This document shows, piece by piece, positions 45,134-57,948 of a stretch of DNA of 64,000 nt. Source of the DNA: Eledone cirrhosa. Its lineage: Eukaryota. Both the position numbers and the translations under genes were made by a program. Every line of letters begins with the position of its first letter. Within the stretch, counting starts at the first letter, position 1. Location of the stretch: contig OZ024742.1 of the NCBI GenBank assembly GCA_964016885.1, positions 285,696,001 to 285,760,000 of the forward strand, read 5' to 3'. The notes under the pieces were generated by a model that searched no databases, was not told the origin of the DNA, and saw only the letters and a program-made list of their open reading frames with translations.

Positions 45134-45194
<61 letters not shown>

Positions 45195-45437
45195 AAAGTA
45201 AAGATCAAAATCAAAAACCAAATAAAGTAAAAAAAGGGGGGGGGGGGCGTGTAGACAACAATAGGTGTGAGTGTGCGGGGGAAGGGGTATAAATAAAAAC
45301 AACTTAAATATAAACAAATGGACAAGATATGCATATACATATATATACACATACATACACATATACACACATACATGCATATATACCTATACACACATGC
45401 AAACACACACGTATATATGTGTATATATATATATATA

Positions 45438-45498
45438 TTCATTCTGACGACTGAAGACTAACACAACATCTGTCTTCAAGAAACCACTGGTAAATGAA
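45438..45498 (+). ncRNA. Minimal hammerhead (family D)
   Basis: TTCATT-CTGACGA-CTGAAGAC..GTCTTCAA-GAAA-CCACTGG-TA-AATGAA. Confidence 0.75.
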
Positions 45499-45540
45499 AT
45501 AATTATCTTATGTTGTTTATTACATAACTATATATATATA

Positions 45541-45795
45541 TATTGTTATGCTTGGGGAGGGTCATGTTGCCAATACGAAACACACGCACCAGTTGCTTTC
45601 ACTCCAATTTATTATAAACTAAATTTATAAATTTAAGAATTTATATATTTCCGGTTGGTTGGTTGGTTGGTTCCATAACCGGACGGTTGTTTATATATTG
45701 TCAAAGTTCTTTTGTCACACATTCTGTGACCTCTTCCGTGACTGGGGATTCTTTTCTTTGTTTTTGTGCCTCTCCTTTGTTCTGTCCTACGCCAT
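45541..45795 (-). mobile_element. Solo pseudo-LTR fragment related to the 4.8-9.8 kb PLE, hammerhead decayed
   Basis: Aligns by eye to about 4878-5123; the core is mutated (CGGAAGA, AAAA). Confidence 0.75.
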
Positions 45796-46099
45796 CTTCT
45801 GAAAATATTATAAATGGGTTTGTGTGTGTGCCTGTGTGCATGCATAGATTTCTGTACATGCATGGATTTGTGTGTGTGTGTGAGAGAGTCTGTGTGCATG
45901 CATGGGTTTCTGTGCATGTATGGGTTTGTGTATGTGACTGCGTGCGTGTTTTACCTCAGTCGGTTCCACCGGGGAGTGGAACCGATGTTCCAGTAACCGA
46001 ACATCTGAGACCGAGCATTACACAAACACCAGTATCCTTAACGTAGTTTTGAGAGATTGAACGTAGCACAGTGTGATCTGATTTACAGATGATCTTATC

Positions 46100-46540
46100 G
46101 AGTCGCTACATCATACTCATCCAGTGTTGTGCACAGAGCTTTGCCTGGGTGTTATTCTTTGAAGGTGGTTAATTTTGCATAAATCTTCAAGATTTTTGCG
46201 AACTAGAAGGTGCTCCATAGTGCCGCATTCGCAGTTGGAATCATCATCGGTGCAAAACCCCACTTCGAAAGGTTGGCTCTACAGCGGCGAACAGCTGTTC
46301 ATAGGCGATTCAGGTAGGACCAGAAGGGCCAGGCAACACTGGAGTCGGCAGGGAAGGGTTCTGTAAGACTCAGAGAGATCCTGTTTTCCACATTGTTAAA
46401 GCGCTGACTAGAAACTCTGTTATTCAGTGGTTCGACTGAGTGTAGAAAGCTGTGTCAGGTGAAACTCATACTGAGTATCTTAGAGAAAATCGTGACTTCG
46501 CGACCGTGAGCCGAAAGCTCTCACCATTAAGTCACCCACC
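46100..46540 (-). mobile_element. Degenerate non-LTR retrotransposon 3' coding fragment (Ingi/Vingi-like C-terminal motif)
   Basis: Hand translation WPFWSYLNRL*TAVRRCRANLSKWGF, then CECG-TMEHLL in a shifted frame. Confidence 0.5.
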
Positions 46541-47615
46541 TTCACAAAGTAGTATTCATATCAAAGAAAATGAAAGGGAAAGAAGAAAAAGAAAAAAAGG
46601 AATCAAGCAACGAAAGAGAGGGGAGGGGTAGAAGGAAGAGACTACACCTCAGGCTGAGAGGTGAATTGCCTGTGTCTCGCAGACAAAACGGTGAAGACAT
46701 TGCTACGGAGAAGGGCCAGCAACACTCGCTGCAACAGACACCGCGTCTCATGGGGCTCTTTCCGGTTTTTGTGGAGGAAATCAACAGTATGGGGATCAAG
46801 GACATCTGAGGTTTTGTCATTTTATGAATGAAAAGTCTTTCATTTTTCCATAAACACACACATGTACACAGCGAATTTGTAGGATCGTTAAAGCGTTTTT
46901 CTGACTCTTCGCTCTAAGTTCATATCCTGCCGAGGTCAACGTTGTCTTTCATGTTTTCCAGGCCTTAAACAAAATAAAGTATTAGGTGATGAAGTGAGCT
47001 TACGTCTAGCTGCGGGGCGTGAACTTGCGGAATGGATAGCGCGTCGGACGACATGTATTGTGGTATCTGTTCCAACATTTTTTCTTCTGAGTTTAAATCT
47101 CTCTCTGGCTTATGTGGGTGGCAGGCAGATTTATCTCTCTGTCCTACACGGATGGCAGGCAGACATATCTCGCTGTGGCCTACACGGGTGACAGGCAGAC
47201 TTAATCCATCACCCTAGATTTTGTATGACTTTAGCGGGGTCCACTGAGTTGTAGGCTTTCAAACCAGGTTTAAAGACGCCTTCCACACACCAATTACGGA
47301 GGCCCTAATATGAGTATTCCTTTTTCTTCCTACCTGCCACCAGCCCCGCGGACCCTGAGAAGGGCTACATGCCCTGCCCTTTCCTCCGTATCTACAAAGC
47401 AAATAAATACTACTTACATGATACATACTTATAAGAATAAAGACTTTTTTTATTAGAGTAAAGCACCATATTGATTTTCTCCGCTACAGACTCATATACA
47501 TACACGGATATATCGATACATATATATATACACATATATATCTATATATACCTATACATAAACACACACACATATATATATACATATATATATATACACA
47601 CACACACACACACTC

Positions 47616-47689
<74 letters not shown>

Positions 47690-47730
47690 CTATATATACA
47701 CTAATATAAATATACCTATATACATATGTA

Positions 47731-47809
<79 letters not shown>

Positions 47810-49286
47810 CTATATATACATATATATCTATATATATAGCTATTTATGTATATACGTACATGTGTATGTGTGTTTGTAATCACACAAGTTGTTTTATACA
47901 CACACATTCATACAGAAACGTACACAGTCTCAAGGAGATACTGTTACAAAGAAAACGTAGATGATAATAAAGATCAAGTTACATATGAATTGAAATTTAT
48001 TGAAGCAGGGTAACAGCTGTTTCTTGTGTCATTTTGTCGATTAAACTCAATTCAATATTATCGTCAAATGTCGTATTTGATTCATTATTATAGAATCCTT
48101 CCTTATATAATATACAACGCAGAGAATAATTTGTGGAAGCGATTGGCCTAGTGGTATGTGTGTTAGACTTACAATCACAATGTTCTAGATTCGATACCTG
48201 GACTGGGTTGTGTTCTTGAGGAAGACATGTCACTTTACGTTGCTCTGGTACACTTGACTGAAGACACGGTCGTTACAACATTGTAGTATTTATTTTGCCT
48301 CTCTGCATTCTGAGTTCAAAACCTGCTCGAGGTTTGCTTCGTCGGTCATCCTTTATGGATTGAAATACCAGTGTAAGATGAGAAATGGCAGAATTTTTAG
48401 AGTGCCGGACGTGATACGTTGCCTTTCGTCGGTCGACAAGATCCCAGATCTCATTCACTTAACGAGTTGGGTGGAGCTCGTTAAATCGGACCGAGGAGAC
48501 AATGTTTCCATTGGTCTTTCCAATTGCTAATACTATCTACCTATCGCAAATCCAGGCATAAGGAGCAACGTGAAATAAAGTGTCTTGCTCAAAGATACAA
48601 CGCATCGCCCAGTCCGGGAATCGAACTCTCAACCTCGCAATTGCAAATCCAATTCTCTTACTTCTCGGTCACGCGCCTTCATGTAAATGTATGTATAGAC
48701 CCGTAATTCCTGATGGAATTGTTGGGGACGCCGTAGTATCATACAGTAAGTTCTGGGGTATCTTAAACCTGACAGATCCCATCCCGTCTCCATGCCTGAA
48801 CACAGCACATCTGATGTCTTCCCTCTCCCTCTCTTTCATTATTTGATTCCTTTTGTCCTCTTTAATAGAGTGTTTTGTTTATATGAGATACTGTTCAATA
48901 ATTTTTATATAATATCGATGGGTTTTTTTATGGCAATGTGGGAATTCGTTATTCAATGGTTTAAAGTGATGTTTATTTTTAAAATAAAATTTAGTAAGAA
49001 AAAACAAAAGAAAAAAAGGGGAAATAAAAGGAAAGAAAGAATAGGGAAATATAGAAAAAAAGTGAGAAAGAAAGAAGAAAAAGAACGGGAACGAGTTAAA
49101 TGTGTTTCATAATTTAGGGTTAATCTGGAGGAAAGAGTTTCAATGCCAACGCGGTAAATATCTCGATTTTGATCTCTATATGTTTTCTCAACAGTTAAAC
49201 TTTTGATATAATCTCAACATCTTTGATCAGATATTTTTATTCGATTTCTTTCTAAGTAAAAATGTACTATATAAGTATGTGTTAGT

Positions 49287-49363
<77 letters not shown>

Positions 49364-49380
49364 TATGTGTGTGCGTGTGC

Positions 49381-49414
<34 letters not shown>

Positions 49415-49449
49415 GCGCACACACACACACACACACACGCACATATCTA

Positions 49450-49484
<35 letters not shown>

Positions 49485-49993
49485 ATATATTCATGCACAT
49501 GCACACACAAACATATATATATATATGGACAAATACACGTGCATATATGCATATACATATATATATATATATATATATTTTATTTTATTTTATTTTATTT
49601 TATATATATATATATAGAGAGAGAGAGAGAAAGAGATGCTACCTCCTATTATATATATATATATGCATATTATTCGTATGAGCACACGGATTCACACACA
49701 TAGATATATGTGTATAAATAATGTGTGTATGAATACATTTGAATGTATGTAGTTAGCTATTCATTTTCATTAGTAATAGCTATTCATTTTCTTATTAATT
49801 TTATATTTGACAAACCAGATATTTAACTTTGATAAGTGGTAATGTCAATGTTCTGGCTAAGAAAGAGAACCACTTTATTATACTTTATTAGACAGCATAG
49901 TCACTTTGTTTGAAGAGCTTTTGAAAGTTTCAATTGAATTCAGTTCTCATGCCTTTTATCAGTGTTGGATCATTACATACATACATATATACA

Positions 49994-50099
<106 letters not shown>

Positions 50100-50176
50100 T
50101 ACGTACATACATAAATAAATATACACACACACACGTACACACACATATACACACACATACATTACATAAATACATA

Positions 50177-50790
50177 CATGGTGGCTGCCAACTCGTTTTC
50201 GAGTACGGCCACTACTTTATATCCATGTAAGAGAACCCCTACCGATGCGCTGAACGAGTGTGACTTTTTAGTCCAGCCAGCGACTTGAAAACTCTGGTAC
50301 AAACACTACACTTGTGACAATTATTGACACATAGTGCTGGGCCCATGGTACCATGTGACGACAAGTGCAGAGAGATCTCCAGATATAAAGCAATGCCTGT
50401 GCCGTGAAGCTTTTATAGTGAGCAAAGGCACTGCACAAAGCCAGTCCCACTCTCTTAACCAAGATGATATTTACCAAAAAGAAGAACAAGTCAACATCAT
50501 TGGATACCATCAGGGTTGCAGGTGTTATATCAAAGTTTTCCTTCTCCTAGAATTCTGCCTTGACAAAGGCTAAGGGGTCATCTCTCCCGGTGATTTTGGA
50601 TGGCAATTGACTCTTAAGAGCTCCTTTGCCCTTTGACAGGTTTTGTTTTTAGTCCTGCAGGATGTCCAAAGTCACGCTCTTCACCAAGAAACCTTGGTGG
50701 GGTTGCCAGTTTAGTCGCCAACGACCCGACCATGAGACAGGTTGTACTGGGATACATGTTACCAGTAGCACCAACTGGTGACCTGACATA
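50177..50790 (-). mobile_element. Inverted copy of the 1066-1682 element
   Basis: Near-identical reverse complement; ORF 50334..50573 matches ORF 1286..1525. Confidence 0.8.
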
Positions 50791-50864
50791 AAGATACATA
50801 CATACATACATACATACATACATACATACATACATACATACATACATACATACATAAAAATATG

Positions 50865-51388
50865 GCTGCAATTCAATTTCGAATAATGCCATCGCTTGAT
50901 ACTTAAGCGGCTTTTTAGTTCTCTTAGGAACTTGCCTATGGCCAGCAATACAATACCATGCAAAAAATATCACATATCAAGCGATGCCTGTGCTTGAAGC
51001 TTTTTTTAAGTAAAGAAAGGCTTTGCACGGGGCCAATCCCATTCTCTGAACATCGAATCCATTTACCCCAAAAGTAGAACTGGTCTACATCATTGGATGC
51101 AAACGAAGTTGCAGGTTTATATCAGAGTGACCTTCTTATATCAGAGTGACCTTCTTAACGAAGACTACGAGTCTCTCGCACCAAACAAAAAAAACTTTAT
51201 TGGCTGGCCGTTGAGTCACTTGAGTTCCTCCGCCATTTGACGGAATTTGTTTTTCACCCAGCAGGGTGTCCAAAACACCCTCCTCACCTAGCAAACCGAG
51301 GAAGTTGCCATTTTAGTCGCTGACAACCCGACAATGTAGAGTTTGTACTGGGTTACATGTCACCAGTAGCGCTGAAGAGCGACCTGAA
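50865..51388 (-). mobile_element. Related non-coding element sharing the start motif caggtc..gctactggt(a/g)acatgta.cccagtacaa..gcgactaaa.tggcaac
   Basis: Start similar to 1075-1155; right boundary at a microsatellite, left boundary uncertain. Confidence 0.45.
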
Positions 51389-51501
51389 ATACATACATGC
51401 AAACTGCATCGATTGCTCACTGAATCACATACACTATATAACATATGTGTGTGTGTGCATATATATATATGTGTGTGTGTATATATATATATATATGTAT
51501 G

Positions 51502-52372
<871 letters not shown>

Positions 52373-52399
52373 ATATATACATACACACACACACACATA

Positions 52400-52648
<249 letters not shown>

Positions 52649-52803
52649 ATAAAGATACCTATACTCTACCAACGTATTGAATACCTTTTTTAACTGTAGT
52701 TACCCTACGACACCGCTAAGGAGCCTATATATATATATATATTAGAAAGTGAGGTTTTTTTTACAAAATGAAAAATAATCGAGGTGTCCTACACGAGTGG
52801 AAG

Positions 52804-53094
52804 TATAAAGAAAAAGGGATGAAATCGAAAATGCAACTGAAGTCTTATTTTTTTTTTAAATATATATATTTATTTGGTTCCTTTACCGGTTTCGCAGTTC
52901 TTCTGCTTTTCAAAAGGTGAGTTGAGATGGAGGGTCTGTGGTTTTTCTCACATGTGAGAAAAACCACAGACCCTCCATCTCAACTCACCTTTTGAAAAGC
53001 AGAAGAACTGCGAAACCGGTAAAGGAACCAAATAAATATATATATTTAAAAAAAAAATAAGACTTCAGTTGCATTTTCGATTTCATCCCTTTTT

Positions 53095-53101
<7 letters not shown>
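52804..53101. repeat. ~298-bp palindrome carrying two U3-A8 hammerhead motifs (52988-53025 on +, mirror 52880-52917 on -)
   Basis: Centre ctcacatgtgag; CCTT-TTGAAAA-GCAG AAGAA CTGC-GAAA-CCGG-TA-AAGG. Confidence 0.8.
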
Positions 53102-53149
<48 letters not shown>

Positions 53150-53325
53150 TAAAATTAGTCCTTCATCAGTGATCTTCCAGCCTTCATTGGTAATTCATCG
53201 CTTTAAAGATCATATACTTCTGGTTCGTGCGAGCAACAGCTAAAGAAAGTCGTTGGGACACGTAAACAGTGGGAACGAGCGAGACAGTAAACAAACAAAG
53301 ATGGTAATGCAATATTATATAAATA

Positions 53326-54096
53326 CATGCCGCTGCAAAAATAGGTTTACAGTAAGTATTATATATTAGTGGTGCTAGGATTCATTTTATACTTGAAATC
53401 ATTTAATTCATTAAAGGATTATTATTATTTTTAATATTTTTATCATAATACATCTATTATTTGCTGGTAACGTGGCAATTTAACAATGGCTGCTAATTTA
53501 ACGGACGAGGAATGCAAATGGATTTTGAACTAGTAATGGAAAACAGATAATAATTGTTTCTACTTTAGGCACAAGGCCAGCAATTTTAAGGGGTGGGGGA
53601 AGTCGATTAATTCGCCCCCAATGTGTTACTGGTGCTTTATTTTATCGATCTCGTAAGGATGAAAGGCAAAGCTAACCTCGGCGGGATAATGAACGTGTGC
53701 GAAGAGCAGTGGCGAGAAACATTTGCATCGCCTCCGCCAACGAGGCTCACGATTTACTGGATACGTGACAAATTTGAGCGCCAAAGAGTGGTCGACCAGT
53801 CACAATGACAATGTCAGTGGATGCAATACCACTCGCCTTGGCGTCATCTGAATTAGGTATTGAACCCAGATCATTGGGTCCTTTGATGCACCGTATAAGA
53901 CAGAAAATTGATGGTGATTAAGACCTTCGTGGGTGTCTACACTCGAATGGTGGAGTGTGTGAATGCCGGGGACAAATAGTTTGAAGATTTGATGGCTTAC
54001 CATGTTTATTATTGATATGATTCTATAATCAATAAAATACGTTTTGTGCGCACGTTTTGTTTTTCATTACTGTATACTTATTTTTGCAGCCTCATA
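53326..54096 (+). mobile_element. Degenerate internally deleted Tc1/mariner element with nested SINE (53550-53687)
   Basis: TIRs gctgcaaaaataggtttacagtaa / ttactgtatacttatttttgcagc with TA flanks. Remnant MAANLTDEECKWIL..WKTDN / QWRETFASPPPTRLTIYWIRDKFE resembles a transposase N-terminal HTH; there is a CVNAG..FE C-terminal remnant. Confidence 0.7.
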
Positions 54097-54100
54097 TATA

Positions 54101-54148
<48 letters not shown>

Positions 54149-54384
54149 TAGTTATGTAATGAACAACAGTGGTTTCTTGAAAGCAAACAAATTTTGCTTT
54201 CAATCATCAGAATGAAAATATCCTGGTGTATTTATTGACATTGGATTTTAAAAACAAAAATATAATCTATATGAAAGTGAGGCTGGAAAAGGAAGAAGGA
54301 AAGGAAAAATAAACACACATGCACACACACACACACAATTACATACACATACAGATATACATACACATATATATACATACATAT

Positions 54385-54445
<61 letters not shown>

Positions 54446-54451
<6 letters not shown>

Positions 54452-57400
54452 GGGTATGACATTAAACTACATCCAGTGGCAAGGCTCCAGTTCGGGAATT
54501 CAGGAGATGTGGGGAATGTGGAGTTACCCCTTAGTTGTCATGACTCCCAGGTCTGCCCTGGCCCGGGGTGGTAGTACCTGTTAGGGCTCCATTTATGGGT
54601 TAAATAACTACCTTATTCGAGTGGCGCCGGTAAGGTATTGTCAGCCATTGAAAAGAAATATGGAGAGTCGATCTAACAGCACTAGGGTTAGAGCCCCTAA
54701 TTACACTGTCAAGGAGCAGCCTGGTCGTTATGACTCTGCTGGCTTAGAGCCACAGAGAGGGCCAGTGGATGATGGATCAGCTGTCTCTGAGACAAATATA
54801 AAGAATGCAGTTTTGTCCTGCAGAAGAGCCATCAAAATGGGCACTTTGAATGTGAGGACTATTCGAACGCTGGAGAAGAGAGAGGAGTTGGGACATCTGT
54901 TCGAGGAGAGTGGTATACAGATACTTGCGATCCAAGAACACAGGATTCTACACGATGAGCCCATGAGGAGTGTGATGATCGGGAGGAAGAGCCAGCTCAT
55001 CACTACATCGGCAGTGAAGAACACAACAAATGCTGCAGTGGGAGGAGTGGGTTTTGTGTTCAGTGCAAAAACCAATCTGTTGGTGAGGGAAATAATGCCT
55101 ATCTCCCCGCGAGTGTTGAGGGTGACCTTCAATGGAAACCCATGACTGACAGTCATCGCAGCCTATAGTCCAACCGAGGGGGACAGTGATGTGAATGCGG
55201 AGGAGTTCCATGAGGAGGTGTGTAGGGCTGTCAACACCACTCAGGCACACAATATCCTGTTTGTTTTGGGGGACTTCAATGCACATCTGAGTAAGGAGGG
55301 CAGTGAAGATCCTTGCTGGTACTTCCATAACAACACCAACCGAAATGGAAGACTACTGAGAGACACCCTGCTGGAGGAGAACTTGATGGCGACCAACCTA
55401 AGGTTTAGGAAGAATCTGGGGAAGATGTGGACCTACATCTCAGATATGCACCTGTCCAAGTCCCAGATTGATTTCATTCTGGTGAGGAAAAAGTGGCGGA
55501 ATAGTGTTCTGAACACGGAACCATACAGTTATTTCAGTACACTGGGTAGTGACCACCGGCTTGTTATGAGTGAGGTCCACGTGAGCTTAAGAAAGAGCAA
55601 GGCTCAGCCCCGGAGAACAATCTATGACTGGGGAGCTTTCAAGGAAGATGATAAGCTACAGGAGAGGTTCACAGTGGAAGTGAGAAACAGGTTTAGTGCT
55701 CTGTGTGGAGAGTCAGAGGAGAGAGAGATTGGATGGACTGAGGAGAGTGTGACGAGGAGGTACGGGCACTTCACCAATGCAGTGGCGAAAGCAAGTGAAA
55801 CCCTGGTGCCGAGGAAAAAGAACAAAGGGAAGCACGTCAGCTCTGCAAACCCAAAAGTGTGTGCGGCCAGAGAACACCTGAAAGCTGCCAGGGACCAATT
55901 CTATGCTGATCCTACGGAGGAGAGGATGGAGACTGTGGAGGTGATGAGGGAAGAGCTCTGTACCGCTTACACTGAGGTCAGAGAGGAGGCACTGATAGAG
56001 AAGATCAGAAGTGTGGAGAGAGCGGTTGACAGATCTGGATGTAAGGAGAGCTGGATGATCATCAACGAGATCGCAGGGAGGAAGAGAAGGTGTTCGAGTC
56101 AGATCCAGGGAACGGGGCCCGAGGATAGGAAGAGGAAATGGCTAGACCATTTTAGGACCCTACTAGGAGAGCCACCCTCCACAGCCCAGAGCACTGGGGA
56201 GATCAGGCGGCTGTTTGAGGAACTGGATGTTGAGACAGAGCCCTTCACCAGAGAGGAGCTTCAGAGAGCCAAGAAGAAGATCAAGGAGGGCAAGGCTCAT
56301 GGAGAAGATGGAGTGGCATCAGAGGTGATGAAGAGGTGTGATTTTGATGATATCATCCTGGGGTTCTGTAACGGGGCACTGGAGAAAGGAGTTTCCCCGA
56401 ATCAGTGGAGGATCAGTAACATCGTCCCAGTGCCAAAGAAGGGAGATCTCTCTAACACCAACAACTACCGGGGGATCTCACTGACGTCACTTGTGGCAAA
56501 GACCCTCAACAGGATGATTCTTAACAGGATCCAGCCTGAGATGGAGAAGAAGCTCAGGGACAACGATAACGGCTTCAGAGAGGGTAGATCAACCACCAGT
56601 CACATCCTGATGCTGAGGAGGATATTAGAGGGAGCTAGAGCAAAGTGCCTTCCTGCGGTCATGGTTTTCATTGACTTTAGGAAGGCCTTTGATTCTGTGG
56701 ACCGTTACTGCCTGATGAAGATCTTACAGGCTTATGGAATCCCCAAGAGGATAGTGGACCTGATATCACTGCTCTACACCAACACCAAAGCCCAAGTCAT
56801 TACACCTGATGGGATGACAGAGTTCTTTGAGATACTGGCTGGAGTGCTCCAGGGAGATACATTGGCTCCCTACCTTTTTATCATCGTAGTGGACTATTGT
56901 ATGCGCCTTGCACTGGAGAAACACCAGGACTGTGGCTTTACTGTAGGAGAGTTGGGGCGAAAAAGGTATCGGATGCTGAATTTGCCGACGACATAGTTTT
57001 GGTGACAAATACAGTGAAGGAGGCAGAGGATTTGATGCGGGAGGTTGAGACTGTGTCGATGAGTGTGGGGCTGAGAATGAATGAGACTAAAACAAAATAT
57101 CTGGTAGAGAATGTTGAGAAGCCAGAGGGGATCACTAATGTAGGCGGGAAGCCGCTGGAATTGGTTGAGGACTTCCTGTATTTGGGAGCAAAGATTGGGA
57201 ATACGGAGGATGATGTGGTTGAGAGGAAGAGCAAGGCCTGGGCGGCGTGCCACAGCTTGAGATCGGTGTGGAAGTCGGACCTTCGTAGAGACCTGAAAAT
57301 CCGCCTCTTCATTGCTGTAGTGGAGTCTGTGCTGCTGTATGGGTCTGAGACTTGGACACTGACCAAGAAACTCACTCAGATGGTGGATGGGTGCTACACG

Positions 57401-57739
57401 AGAATGCTGAGGATGGCTCTGAACATTAATCAGTATACACTGAGGATGAAAAACTCAGAGCTGTATGGGAGCATCCCAAAAGTCAGCTCAAAAGTGACAC
57501 AGAGGAGACTGAGGTTGGCTGGACATGCTCACCGACATCCAGAGTTGACATTGCACTCAGTGCTCCTTTGGGAGCCCCTACATGGACACACTAGAAGAGG
57601 AAGACCAAGGTTAACATATGTTGATGCCCTAAGGACAGACACTGGTCTGTTGGAGATGCAGGATATGGCAGCGATAATGAGGGACAGAGACCGCTGGAGA
57701 GAACTCGTCCATGGATCTCGGGAATTTTACCCGCCTTAG
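54446..57739 (+). mobile_element. Near full-length RTE-type LINE
   Basis: Short 5' UTR and a single APE-RT ORF, flanked by (TA)n. Confidence 0.92.
54621..57739 (+). pseudogene. APE endonuclease plus reverse transcriptase, with an in-frame TGA at 55143-55145 and a frameshift at about 56945
   Basis: GTLNVRT, LAIQEHR, LGDFNA, QIDFIL, SDHRLV, NYRGISL, GFREGRST, FIDFRKAFDSV, GVLQGDTLAPYLF, EFADDI, FLYLG, LLYGSETW, RRLRLAGH. Confidence 0.93.
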
Positions 57740-57857
57740 ATATATATATATATATATATATACATACATACACATATACATACACGTACAAATACACATA
57801 CATATACATACATACACACATATATATCAACATATCCATACATACACATACACACAA

Positions 57858-57946
<89 letters not shown>

Positions 57947-57948
<2 letters not shown>

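Noticed and set aside
48133-48205. tRNA gene (also 30480-30555)
   Set aside because: There is no proper cloverleaf, and it continues into a SINE body.
55143-55145. Selenocysteine or programmed read-through at the RTE in-frame TGA
   Set aside because: There is no 3' UTR or SECIS-like hairpin, the element also has a frameshift, and CGA-to-TGA decay is simpler.
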